DNA of 64,000 bases from Dehalococcoidia bacterium (GTDB lineage Bacteria; Chloroflexota; Dehalococcoidia; DSTF01; JACRBR01): positions 40,497 to 104,496 of the forward strand of contig JBBDXD010000006.1 in the NCBI GenBank assembly GCA_040902535.1, written 5' to 3'. Positions within the stretch are counted from its first letter, which is position 1. Every line of letters starts with the position of its first letter. The position numbers were made by a program, and so were the translations under genes. Of this stretch, positions 49,681 to 58,287 are shown in pieces. Under the pieces are notes generated by a model. That model searched no databases. It worked only from the letters and a program-made list of their open reading frames with translations, and was not told the DNA's origin.

Positions 49681-50288
49681 CCCTGCCTGATCGATCGCGA
49701 CGAGTCGCCTGGGCGAAGGAAGACCCATTCGGCGTCGAATTTGTCGAAGTCTCGCTGCGGCCCGATGCTCTAACGGCCGAAGGCGTCGCCATCGGCAGCG
49801 ATCCGGTGCCATACCGCCTCGACTACACGCTCGCAACCGGACGTCGCTTCGTCACGTCCCGCCTTGTCGTAACGACCCGCAGCGATGGCTGGCGATGTTT
49901 GCTCGATCTGCGGCGCAGTGCGGACGGCGACTGGCGCGTCGACCGGCGATCCGACGGCACGCCTCCGTTTACGATGAGTGACGCTGACGCCGCGGTGCCA
50001 TCCGAGGCGCTCGACTGCGACCTTGGCCTGTGCCCGCTCACCAATACCATGCCCGTCCTTCGCGAAGGGCTGTTGTCGTCGCAGAGCCAGCCGGCCGAGA
50101 TCGTGGTCGCCTGGATATCCGTGCCCGACCTCGCGATCCACGCCGCACGCCAGCGCTATCGCCACGTCAGGCGTGAGGAAAACATGTCCGTCGTGCGCTT
50201 CGAAGACGACGACGGCTTCACAGCAGATATCCTCTTCGATGCGGACGGACTGGTGATCGACTATCCGGAACTCGCCCGCCGGCTTTGA
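49677..50288 (+). CDS. DUF1089 (putative glycolipid-binding) family protein
   Basis: 203 aa. ATGA overlap with the APH gene. Confidence 0.45.
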   Translation: MTLPDRSRRVAWAKEDPFGVEFVEVSLRPDALTAEGVAIGSDPVPYRLDYTLATGRRFVTSRLVVTTRSDGWRCLLDLRRSADGDWRVDRRSDGTPPFTMSDADAAVPSEALDCDLGLCPLTNTMPVLREGLLSSQSQPAEIVVAWISVPDLAIHAARQRYRHVRREENMSVVRFEDDDGFTADILFDADGLVIDYPELARRL

Positions 50289-50315
50289 GAGGTGATAGCA
50301 GGGGAACGCGCGAAG

Positions 50316-51101
50316 ATGACCAACACCTACTGGGACGCGGCGGTCTACGACCGCATCGGCACGCCGATGCGCGCCTGGGCGCAGCAGGTGATCGACGACC
50401 TGCAACTGCGCGGCGACGAGACGGTGTTGGACGCCGGGTGCGGCTCTGGCTCCGTCACGCTCGACCTGCTGCAAAAACTGCCCGACGGCAAGATCTACGC
50501 CGTCGATGCCTCGGCCGAGATGATCGGGTCGCTCATAAACGCACTCGACGAGCGCGGCGTCACAAACGTCGAGCCGATGCAAGCGAGCCTGACCGACTTC
50601 AGCCTGCCGGAGCAGGTCGACGCCGTGTTCTCGAACGCCGTCTTTCACTGGATCCCCGATGACGACGCGCTCTTCGGCTGCCTGTACCGCGCCACGAGAC
50701 CCGGCGGCCGGCTGCGCGCCCAGTGCGGCGGCCATGGCAACAACGCCCACGTCCTCGAAGCGGTGGCGGCGATACGCGAGCAGGAGCGCTTCGTGCAGCA
50801 CCTCGGCAAGTTCACGGACAGCAAGAAGTACCGCACGCCCGAACAGGCGAAAGCATCGCTCGAGCGCGCCGGGTTCATCGACGTGCGCGCCTCGCTCTTC
50901 GAAGCGCCCGTGCCGTTCGAACACAACGACGACGCCGCGCTCTACATCCGCACGATTCTCCTGCGCGATCACATCGCGCGCCTGCCGTCGGAGGATCTGC
51001 GCGATGCATACGCGCACGCCGTCGTCGAAGAGACCGTCCGACGCTGGGGCGCGCCCTACGTCGCGGATTACGTACGCCTCGACATTTGGGCGACGAAGTA
51101 A
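50316..51101 (+). CDS. class I SAM-dependent methyltransferase (trans-aconitate methyltransferase Tam-like)
   Basis: SAM motif I VLDAGCGSGSVT and a Tam-like N-terminus YWDAAVYDR. Confidence 0.8.
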   Translation: MTNTYWDAAVYDRIGTPMRAWAQQVIDDLQLRGDETVLDAGCGSGSVTLDLLQKLPDGKIYAVDASAEMIGSLINALDERGVTNVEPMQASLTDFSLPEQVDAVFSNAVFHWIPDDDALFGCLYRATRPGGRLRAQCGGHGNNAHVLEAVAAIREQERFVQHLGKFTDSKKYRTPEQAKASLERAGFIDVRASLFEAPVPFEHNDDAALYIRTILLRDHIARLPSEDLRDAYAHAVVEETVRRWGAPYVADYVRLDIWATK

Positions 51102-51124
51102 GCGATCCGGACGGCCGGTCCTCA

Positions 51125-51168
51125 CGTCATCCTGAGCAAGCGAAGCGCCACGAAGGATCTCATCGCGG
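51125..51168. repeat. third, diverged copy of the CGTCATYCTGAGCRAGCGAAG repeat
   Basis: cgtcatcctgagcaagcgaagcgccacgaaggatctcatcgcgg, again at a convergent 3' intergenic site. Confidence 0.4.
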
Positions 51169-51245
51169 CGAGGTCGTCTTGCGCTGACAACTAGCGGCTA
51201 GCAGTCGAACGAACTCGTAACGGGGCATGCTCATGCTTGCCCCAC

Positions 51246-51797
51246 TCAAGGCATCAACCCGTGCCGCGCCACGATCTCCGCGATCACCTCACGATCGTCC
51301 AGCACGATCCCGTACAGCGTCGTGTAGTGATCGTTCAGCCACACATCGAAGACGCGTGCGGCCTCGCCTTCTCCGGCGACCTCCTCCATCGCGACGAGTT
51401 CCAGGTAGTTGACGACCACGTGCAGGTAAGACCCGTCTAGGTCAGTCGCGCCTTCGGGATGGCCGGTGGGTAGAACGGCGTAGCGCCTCTTGATCTCGCG
51501 CACGGCGGCGCCGGCGGCGCTGCGACGGGCCTTCACCAACCAATGGATCTGCTCATGAAGAAAAGTCGAGAGCAGTTGTCCGTCGTCAGAGAGGTGGCGC
51601 GTATTCAGCGTCAGCACCGGGTGGCTATGCGGAATCGCTCGCTCTTCGATGGCGATCGTGCGCGTGAAGGTCCATCGTGAAACGTCGCGTGTCGCCAGGA
51701 TCGTGCGCAACTGATCGGCAGTACGCTGTTCGCGCTCCGTGCCGTTGGCCAGCGAGATCTCCCACCCGGCGCTCACTCGCGCGCCGCCTCGACGCAC
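51246..51797 (-). CDS. hypothetical protein with HExxH motif (putative small zinc metallopeptidase)
   Basis: FLHEQIHW motif. Overlaps the upstream cupin gene stop by 25 nt. Confidence 0.45.
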   Translation of the reverse strand: MRRGGARVSAGWEISLANGTEREQRTADQLRTILATRDVSRWTFTRTIAIEERAIPHSHPVLTLNTRHLSDDGQLLSTFLHEQIHWLVKARRSAAGAAVREIKRRYAVLPTGHPEGATDLDGSYLHVVVNYLELVAMEEVAGEGEAARVFDVWLNDHYTTLYGIVLDDREVIAEIVARHGLMP

Positions 51798-52078
51798 GTC
51801 ACACCATGTGGCCCGACCACCGCCGCATGCGGCGTATTCGGCTCGATATCGAGGCGGTCGCCTTCGTGCAGTTCATACGCCTCGGACGTCTCCGTCAGCG
51901 TGAAGACGATCGAGCCCCGCAAGCAGAACAGCACCTTGTGATAGCCGTGGCGGTGCGAGGCGTACACGTCGCCCGCGCCGTTCGACCAGCGTTGTGGGGA
52001 CAGCCCTTCACACGCGAACGCGTCGAGTACTGGCAGCTGGTCGTAGTCGCCGGACCGTCGCATGAGGAATGCGCCCAT
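51773..52078 (-). CDS. cupin domain protein
   Basis: Small beta-barrel motifs (GYHKVLFCLRGSIVF, PNTPHAA). Confidence 0.55.
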   Translation of the reverse strand: MGAFLMRRSGDYDQLPVLDAFACEGLSPQRWSNGAGDVYASHRHGYHKVLFCLRGSIVFTLTETSEAYELHEGDRLDIEPNTPHAAVVGPHGVTCVEAARE

Positions 52079-52173
52079 GACGACAGGGTACTCTCGCTGT
52101 GCTGGCCCACCCGGCGTTGAGCTGCCGACCGCCCAGAAGGTCAGGCCGATCTGGGGGTGTTTCTAACCACCGA

Positions 52174-52194
52174 CGACTGACGACTGACGACTGA
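52174..52194. repeat. tandem heptamer CGACTGA x3 in divergent promoter
   Basis: cgacgactgacgactgacgactgatg, followed by the AT-rich tgctatagtaaatactgcataaagg. Confidence 0.4.
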
Positions 52195-52228
52195 TGCTAT
52201 AGTAAATACTGCATAAAGGTGGACAACC

Positions 52229-52858
52229 GTGCAGGCAACCCGGCAGGACATCCTCGATTATCTGCGCAAGCACGCCCAGGCAACCGTCAGGCAGCTTGGC
52301 GACCACCTCGGCCTCACTTCGACCGGCATCCGCCAGCATCTCACCGTCCTCGAGCGCGACGGCCTCGTCGAGGCGCGCGAGGAGCGCGGCCACGTCGGCC
52401 GCCCCGCGCTGGTCTATCGGCTGTCATCGTCCGGCGACGCGCTGTACCCCAAGAACTACGATGCGCTCGCCAACGCGCTGATCGAAGAGTCCCGCGCGCT
52501 TCTCGGTGGCGAGGCGCTGCAACATCTCATGAAGAACGTCGCCGCCCGTTTCGCCGAGCCGTATATGGCGCGGCTCGAAGGCAAGTCGACGGCAGAGCGG
52601 GTGAAGGAAGCGGCAAAGATTATCGAGGAGCGCGGCTGTCTCGCGGAGTGTGATGACGAGCATGGCGACTTCATGATCCGTCAGCAGACATGCCCGTTTC
52701 CGAACGTCGCGCAGCGCAACAGCGCGGTCTGCGCGATGGAAGTTGAGTTCGTGCGACGCCTCGTCGGCACGGACGCGCGCCTCACATCCAGCCTGCTGAG
52801 GGGCGATGATTCATGCACGTATCGCGTGCGGCCGGTGAACAACCGCTCGTCGCGCTGA
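52229..52858 (+). CDS. ArsR/SufR-like winged-helix transcriptional regulator with C-terminal Cys-rich domain
   Basis: N-terminal wHTH (ATVRQLGDHLGLTSTGIRQHLTVLERDGLV). C-terminal Cys residues (CLAEC, TCPFPN, AVCAMEVEF, SCTY). GTG start after AAAGGTGG. Confidence 0.6.
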   Translation: MQATRQDILDYLRKHAQATVRQLGDHLGLTSTGIRQHLTVLERDGLVEAREERGHVGRPALVYRLSSSGDALYPKNYDALANALIEESRALLGGEALQHLMKNVAARFAEPYMARLEGKSTAERVKEAAKIIEERGCLAECDDEHGDFMIRQQTCPFPNVAQRNSAVCAMEVEFVRRLVGTDARLTSSLLRGDDSCTYRVRPVNNRSSR

Positions 52859-53139
52859 TACGGTCTCGTTGCATCCACGCAATATCCTGACCGCTTCTTG
52901 CGATTGAACATAACGATTGTTGCGGCGTAATTTCTTTCGACGTGACGTAGTGTAGACGTGCATGGAGCGATCGACGCCCCTATAATGGCGCCGAACCACG
53001 AACGGCTGCGAAGCCACGTCTTCGATCTCATCTCCCAACCTCGTGCCGAATGAGCGCCGCGCGGACTGCGCCGTCGGACGTTGCTGATCGAGGAGGGCGC
53101 CGGGCAGGGCGCAGCAGGAAGCGACTCCAGGGGAGGGGC

Positions 53140-55245
53140 ATGCCGGTTCGCACGTGGGTCGGGCGGTTCTGCGTGGTCGATGGCCGCGTGGAAGAAGAGG
53201 GGCCGTGGCTCGGCTCGCTCATCCGTCAACGGCCGGATGAAGAAGCCGACGAACTCTACGTCCTCGTCGAGCCGGCATCGCCGGGCAGCGCGGAGTACAG
53301 CTCCCAGCTAGTTGACGTAATCTCGCAACTCTACGCGAAGGATCCCCTGTCACTCACCGGCGCCCTCACGCGATCGCTCCGCGCCGCGCACGAGCACCTG
53401 CGCGAGTGGAATCGCACGAGCCTGAAGGAACATCACGTCGGCGCCGGCGCAAGCTGTCTCGCGCTGCGCGGCACCGATGCTTACCTCGCGCAGGTGGGTC
53501 CGAGCCTAGCGTACGTGCTGATGAGCGACGGCCGCTTTCGCCGCATCGAAGCGGAGCAGGCGGATTTCGACCACTCGCTCGGCATCGCCGAGGAATTTGA
53601 GCCGCGCCTCGCGCGCATCAAGCTCAACCCCGGCGATCTCGTCGTTCTGGCATCCACGCGGCTCGAGACGGTGGCTGCCGAGGCGCACGTGCGTCGCATC
53701 CTCGATCGCGGCGCCGACGATGCGCTGCCCGAACTCTACCTGCTCGCCCGCGACGAGCCCGACATGGCCGTCGTGCTGCTGTCCTGCTTCGAGCAGGAGG
53801 AAGACCTGCCGGAATTCCTCACGAAGTCCGGAGCGGCGCCCTCGCTCGATGACGCGTCGGCCGTCGACGCGATCGGCGTCTATGCAAGTGCGTTGGCAGA
53901 CGCCGTCGAGCCGCTCGCGGTCGGCGTCGCGCCCGAGGGACCGCGCGATGCCGTCGGCGCGGCGGTCGGCGGCTTCGATCTGCCCCGCCGCCCGATCAAC
54001 GAACAGATCCGCGAGATCGCGGAGTCCACCGCGCCGCCGCCCACCGCAAACGTGCGCATCCGCGGCGAGAGCGCCAACCTGCGCTACAAGCGCACGACGG
54101 GCAACATCGCATTGCCGCAGTTCCAGATCCCCAAGCTGTGGCTGTTCGCCGCCGCCGCCATCGCCATGCTTGGCGCGCTGATCTGGTGGCAACTTCCGCG
54201 CTCCGTCGCCGAGGGCCGCGAAGAGAAGTTCGCCACGCTGATGGCGGACGCCCGCGAGAACAACGCGACCGCGCAGTCGACGAGCGACTCCGGGCTCAAA
54301 CGCCAGCTCCTGACCGACGCCCAGACGATGCTCGCCGACGCCGAAAAGATCCACGACGACAACGGCGAACTGATCGCGCTGCGCTCCGACGTCGCCGCCG
54401 CCCTCGCCGTGCTCGATGCCGTCTACGAGGTCAACGACTTCGCGCCGATCGCCGACCTGGCGCAGCTCGTCACCGGCTCCCTCAGCGTCACCGACACCGT
54501 GATCGGCGGCGGCTACGCGTACCTGCTCGACGCTGAAGGCCGCCGCGTCCTGCGCGTCCCGCTCGATGCCAGCTCGCCGCCCGAGACGATCCTGGTCGAA
54601 GGCGAACCCGCGGGCTTCGTGACGCCGGCGCGCCCGGTGCAGATCGCCTGGGCGGAGCAGACCGAAAGCCTCGTCATCCTCGATGAGCAGCGCCAGGCGT
54701 TCGGCTACTTCCCGGACGGCGGCGCGCTGCCGATCGCCATTCGCGGCGCCGACGGCTGGGGCTCGCTCGACGCGACCGCCGCGTCGGGGGGCAACCTGTA
54801 CCTGCTCGATGTCGAAGGCAACCAGGTGTGGCGCTACCTGCCCGGACAGGGCGGCTTCGATAGCGAACGCACCGCGCTGCTCGACTCCGGCCTGGGGCTG
54901 GAGAACGCGACCGAGCTTGCCGTCGGCCAGGACGTGTACGTGCTCGACACCGTCGCCGGCATCCGGCGCTTCACCGGCAAGACGGAGACGCCGTTCCCGC
55001 TCGCCGGCATCGACCAGCCGCTGATGTCGCCGGCGTCGCTCAGCGTGCTGCCCGGATCGAACCGCATCGTCGTCGCCGACCGCGCGAACAAGCGCATCGT
55101 CATCGCATCAGCCGAAGGCGCGTTCCTGCGCCAGATCGTCAGCCCGTCGTTCACCGATCTGCGCGCCGCCTACATCGACGAGGGCACGAACACGATCTAC
55201 GTCCTCAACGGCGACACCCTCATGCGCGCCGCCGCGCCGCCGTAG
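53140..55245 (+). CDS. membrane protein: cytoplasmic PP2C/SpoIIE-like (degenerate) domain - TM helix - extracellular NHL-repeat beta-propeller
   Basis: RBS GGGGAGGGG. N-terminal domain has a PP2C-like pattern (LALRGTDAYLAQVGPSLAYVL). TM segment LWLFAAAAIAMLGALIWW. C-terminal repeats (NRIVVADRANKRIVI...) are typical of NHL/YVTN propellers. Confidence 0.55.
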   Translation: MPVRTWVGRFCVVDGRVEEEGPWLGSLIRQRPDEEADELYVLVEPASPGSAEYSSQLVDVISQLYAKDPLSLTGALTRSLRAAHEHLREWNRTSLKEHHVGAGASCLALRGTDAYLAQVGPSLAYVLMSDGRFRRIEAEQADFDHSLGIAEEFEPRLARIKLNPGDLVVLASTRLETVAAEAHVRRILDRGADDALPELYLLARDEPDMAVVLLSCFEQEEDLPEFLTKSGAAPSLDDASAVDAIGVYASALADAVEPLAVGVAPEGPRDAVGAAVGGFDLPRRPINEQIREIAESTAPPPTANVRIRGESANLRYKRTTGNIALPQFQIPKLWLFAAAAIAMLGALIWWQLPRSVAEGREEKFATLMADARENNATAQSTSDSGLKRQLLTDAQTMLADAEKIHDDNGELIALRSDVAAALAVLDAVYEVNDFAPIADLAQLVTGSLSVTDTVIGGGYAYLLDAEGRRVLRVPLDASSPPETILVEGEPAGFVTPARPVQIAWAEQTESLVILDEQRQAFGYFPDGGALPIAIRGADGWGSLDATAASGGNLYLLDVEGNQVWRYLPGQGGFDSERTALLDSGLGLENATELAVGQDVYVLDTVAGIRRFTGKTETPFPLAGIDQPLMSPASLSVLPGSNRIVVADRANKRIVIASAEGAFLRQIVSPSFTDLRAAYIDEGTNTIYVLNGDTLMRAAAPP

Positions 55246-55255
55246 GCGAGTGATA

Positions 55256-55327
55256 AGTTGTAAGTCGTCAGTTGTAAGTCAGTTCTCCGCCCTCCTCGTT
55301 CAACTGACAACTTACTTACAACTGAAC
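55256..55327. repeat. imperfect inverted repeat/hairpin built from AGTTGTAAGT units between convergent genes
   Basis: agttgtaagtcgtcagttgtaagtcagtt ...loop... aactgacaacttacttacaactgaac. Confidence 0.45.
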
Positions 55328-55329
55328 AC

Positions 55330-55704
55330 TCACCCCGCCATCGTGATCAGAAACGTCGCATCACTCAGCGCCGTCGCGTCGTGCGTCGTCCCCGGCTCCA
55401 GCGTCAGCATGCCGCGCGACGGCACGTCGAAACGCTCGCCGCCGATGCCGATGCGAATGCGGCCCGTCAGCGACTGGATGCTCAGCGGCCCTTCGACGCG
55501 GTGATCGTCGATCGTCGTCCCCTTCCGCAGCGCGACGACCGTCACGCGCAGCGGCCCCTCCTTCACCAGCGTCTTCGCCGCGCGCCCGCTCTTCGCCGTG
55601 CGCGCCTTATCGAGCAGCGCCCCCTCCTCAGCCTTCAGATTGAACGCGAGCGTGCGGCCGCTGAGCTTATGCGTGCGGAGGTAGGTGTGTTTGGTGGTGG
55701 GCAT
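55330..55704 (-). CDS. cupin domain protein
   Basis: RBS AAGGAG. Cupin motifs (GTTIDDHRVEGPLSIQSLTGRI). Confidence 0.6.
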   Translation of the reverse strand: MPTTKHTYLRTHKLSGRTLAFNLKAEEGALLDKARTAKSGRAAKTLVKEGPLRVTVVALRKGTTIDDHRVEGPLSIQSLTGRIRIGIGGERFDVPSRGMLTLEPGTTHDATALSDATFLITMAG

Positions 55705-55755
55705 GGCGTCGTGTCTCCTTCGTGACTGCAGTTGCAGTTACGCTTCTACGGCTGA

Positions 55756-56298
55756 CTACTTCGAATTCGCTACTTCCCTTGCCCAATCGCGGCCGTACAT
55801 GTCAGGTGCGATCTCGTATCCGTCTGTCCAACCGTGCGACTGATTTTTCGGCACACAGAGATCCATCATTGCTTCCCAAGTGGTGTTGAACGCGGCATCA
55901 AGCCGAGATCCATCTTGCTGCCATCCGCAATCAATGCCATCCCCGGCAAATCGATATAGGTATTTGGTGGCCTTCGTCATGCTCCAGACCGAAGGACGCG
56001 GGCCGGTGATGAAGGAGCTATGCAGCCACTCGCGGTCGCAGATCGCATTGAGGAGCGACTGCGCCAGCTTGTCTAGCTCGTGTGTACGGCGCATGGTCGT
56101 CTTGTATATGGCCTCTTCGAAGACTGCCGGATCGAACAAGCCACGTTCTTTCACGTTGAGAAAGTCCTGTCGGTGATCCCACTGCGTATAACGAAGAACA
56201 GGCAGTCTCTTACGCCATCGTCCGACTGCCGTCACTTCATAGACTCGGATTGACTCTCTAGGACTGTCCCAATGCCCGAGCGTGCGATGCAGTGACAT
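55756..56298 (-). CDS. hypothetical protein in low-GC (~54%) island
   Basis: Protein-like composition rich in W/Y/K/N. Start uncertain: ATG 56298, or further upstream to 56469. Confidence 0.35.
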   Translation of the reverse strand: MSLHRTLGHWDSPRESIRVYEVTAVGRWRKRLPVLRYTQWDHRQDFLNVKERGLFDPAVFEEAIYKTTMRRTHELDKLAQSLLNAICDREWLHSSFITGPRPSVWSMTKATKYLYRFAGDGIDCGWQQDGSRLDAAFNTTWEAMMDLCVPKNQSHGWTDGYEIAPDMYGRDWAREVANSK

Positions 56299-56468
56299 AG
56301 TTCCGACGTACCAAGGTTCTCCTCCTTGGTCGAAGTCGGGCGGGTGTAGATGTTCCGGTCCATCGAGACGCTGTTCACCCAAGAGCGCTCTGATGAAGTG
56401 CCTACATGGAGTGGTATTCAGGACTCGAAACTTCGAGCGACGTGGCCGCTGACATGGGTGTCCTGGCA

Positions 56469-58148
56469 CTACATGGCCCGCGTTATGGCGCCTTCTTCCG
56501 CGCCCGACACCTGGGCGACGTACTTCGCGAACACGCCGGTCTTGTAGCGCGGCTCCGGCGCCCGCCAGTCGCGCAGCCGCGCCGTCATTTCGTCGACCGT
56601 GATCTCGACGTCGAGCCGGCGGTTCGGAATGTCGATGCTGATCATGTCGCCTTCGCGCACGGCGGCGATCGGCCCGCCCACGAACGCCTCCGGTGCGACG
56701 TGCCCCGCCATCAGCCCGCGCGTCGCGCCCGAGAAGCGGCCGTCGGTGAGCAGCGCGACGCTCTCGCCCAGCCCCTCCCCCACGATCGCCGACGTCACGC
56801 CGAGCATCTCGCGCATGCCCGGACCGCCCTTCGGGCCCTCGTAGCGGACGACCACGACGTCGCCGGCATGAATCTCGCGCCGCGTCACCGCATCCATCGC
56901 GTCCTCTTCGCGGTCGTAGACCCGCGCCGGCCCGCGATGCGTCAGGCGCTCGTGGCCGGCCACCTTCACCACGCAGCCCTCCGGCGCCAGGTTGCCCTTG
57001 AGAATGACGAGACCGCCCGTCGCCTTGAGGGGCGCGCTGAGCGGCACCACGACGTCCTGCCCCGCCGTCTCGACCGCCGCCGACGCCTCGTCGCCGAACG
57101 AGCGGCCCGTCGGCGTCGGGCGCGTCGGGTCGGCATATCCGCCCGCCACGAGCCGCTGCGCCACGAGCTGCGAGCCTCCCGCGCGATCGAGATCAGCCGC
57201 GACGTAACGTCCCCCCGGCTTCAAGTCGGCGAGCAGCGGCGTGCGATCGCTCACCGTGTCGAAGTCGTCGATCGTCAGCGGCACGTTCGCCTCGCGGGCG
57301 AGCGCGAGCAGGTGCAGCACGGCGTTCGTCGAGCCGCCGGTCGCTGCGACACCGGCGATCGCATTCTCGAACGATGCGCGCGTCAGGATGTCGAGCGGCC
57401 GCACGTTCCGGCGCAGCACGTCCATCACCGTCTCGCCGGCGCGCACGCCTACGTCGTCCTTGCGCGCGTCGACGGCCGGCACGCCGCCGCTGCCAAATGG
57501 CGCCAGGCCGATGAACTCCATCGCCAGCGCCATCGTGTTCGCGGTGAACTGGCCGGCGCAGGCGCCCGGTCCGGGACACGCGGCATGCTCGAGCCGGTCG
57601 AGATCCGCGTCGGACATGGTGCCCGCCGCGTTGGCGCCGACGCCCTCGAAGACGTCCTGGATCGTCACGTCGCGGCCGTCGAACGTGCCCGGCAGGATCG
57701 ATCCGCCATAGAGGATGATGCCCGGGATATTCAGCCGGGCAAGGGCCATCGCCGCTGCGGGGATCGTCTTGTCGCATCCCACGAGGCAGACGAGCGCGTC
57801 GAACATGTACCCGCGCGTCGTTAGTTCGATCGAGTCGGCGATCACCTCGCGCGAGACGAGCGACGCCTTCATGCCCTCGGTGCCCATCGTGATGCCGTCG
57901 CTGATCGCGATCGTGTTGAACTCCATCGGCGTGCCGCCCGCGTTGCGCACGCCATCGGCGACCTTCTCGGCGAGCAGCCGCAGGTTGAAGTTGCACGGCA
58001 TCGTCCCGATCCACGTGTTCGCGATGCCTACGATCGGCTTCTGCAAATCTTCCTTCGTGAAGCCAATGCTGTAGTAGTACGACCGGGCGGCGGCGCGCGT
58101 TGGGCCGTCGGTGATCGTGCGCGAGTTGTGCTTCGGATCGAATGCCAT
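56469..58148 (-). CDS. ilvD: dihydroxy-acid dehydratase IlvD
   Basis: Full-length IlvD/EDD signature ([22 protein letters not shown]). RBS AGGAGG. Confidence 0.9.
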   Translation of the reverse strand: MAFDPKHNSRTITDGPTRAAARSYYYSIGFTKEDLQKPIVGIANTWIGTMPCNFNLRLLAEKVADGVRNAGGTPMEFNTIAISDGITMGTEGMKASLVSREVIADSIELTTRGYMFDALVCLVGCDKTIPAAAMALARLNIPGIILYGGSILPGTFDGRDVTIQDVFEGVGANAAGTMSDADLDRLEHAACPGPGACAGQFTANTMALAMEFIGLAPFGSGGVPAVDARKDDVGVRAGETVMDVLRRNVRPLDILTRASFENAIAGVAATGGSTNAVLHLLALAREANVPLTIDDFDTVSDRTPLLADLKPGGRYVAADLDRAGGSQLVAQRLVAGGYADPTRPTPTGRSFGDEASAAVETAGQDVVVPLSAPLKATGGLVILKGNLAPEGCVVKVAGHERLTHRGPARVYDREEDAMDAVTRREIHAGDVVVVRYEGPKGGPGMREMLGVTSAIVGEGLGESVALLTDGRFSGATRGLMAGHVAPEAFVGGPIAAVREGDMISIDIPNRRLDVEITVDEMTARLRDWRAPEPRYKTGVFAKYVAQVSGAEEGAITRAM

Positions 58149-58183
58149 GCGGACCTCCTGTGACGGACAGGTTATAGGTTTTT

Positions 58184-58211
58184 AGTTCTAAGTTCTAAGT
58201 TCTGAGTTCTA
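58184..58211. repeat. tandem heptamer AGTTCTA/G x4 in ilvD upstream region
   Basis: agttctaagttctaagttctgagttcta, 36-64 nt upstream of the ilvD start codon. Confidence 0.5.
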
Positions 58212-58287
58212 ACGTTAGGTTGCCCCGCCCCTCAACTTGATCCTTACGCCGCCACACCGCATCGTGCGCGTGCTGGAGGGGTGCCAC

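Noticed and set aside
49770-51125. 451-aa minus-strand ORF spanning the DUF1089 and methyltransferase genes
   Set aside because: It is antisense to two well-supported plus-strand genes and carries no motifs.
56406-57824. 472-aa plus-strand ORF antisense to ilvD
   Set aside because: ilvD on the minus strand is unambiguous and the antisense frame is an Arg/Ala-rich artefact.
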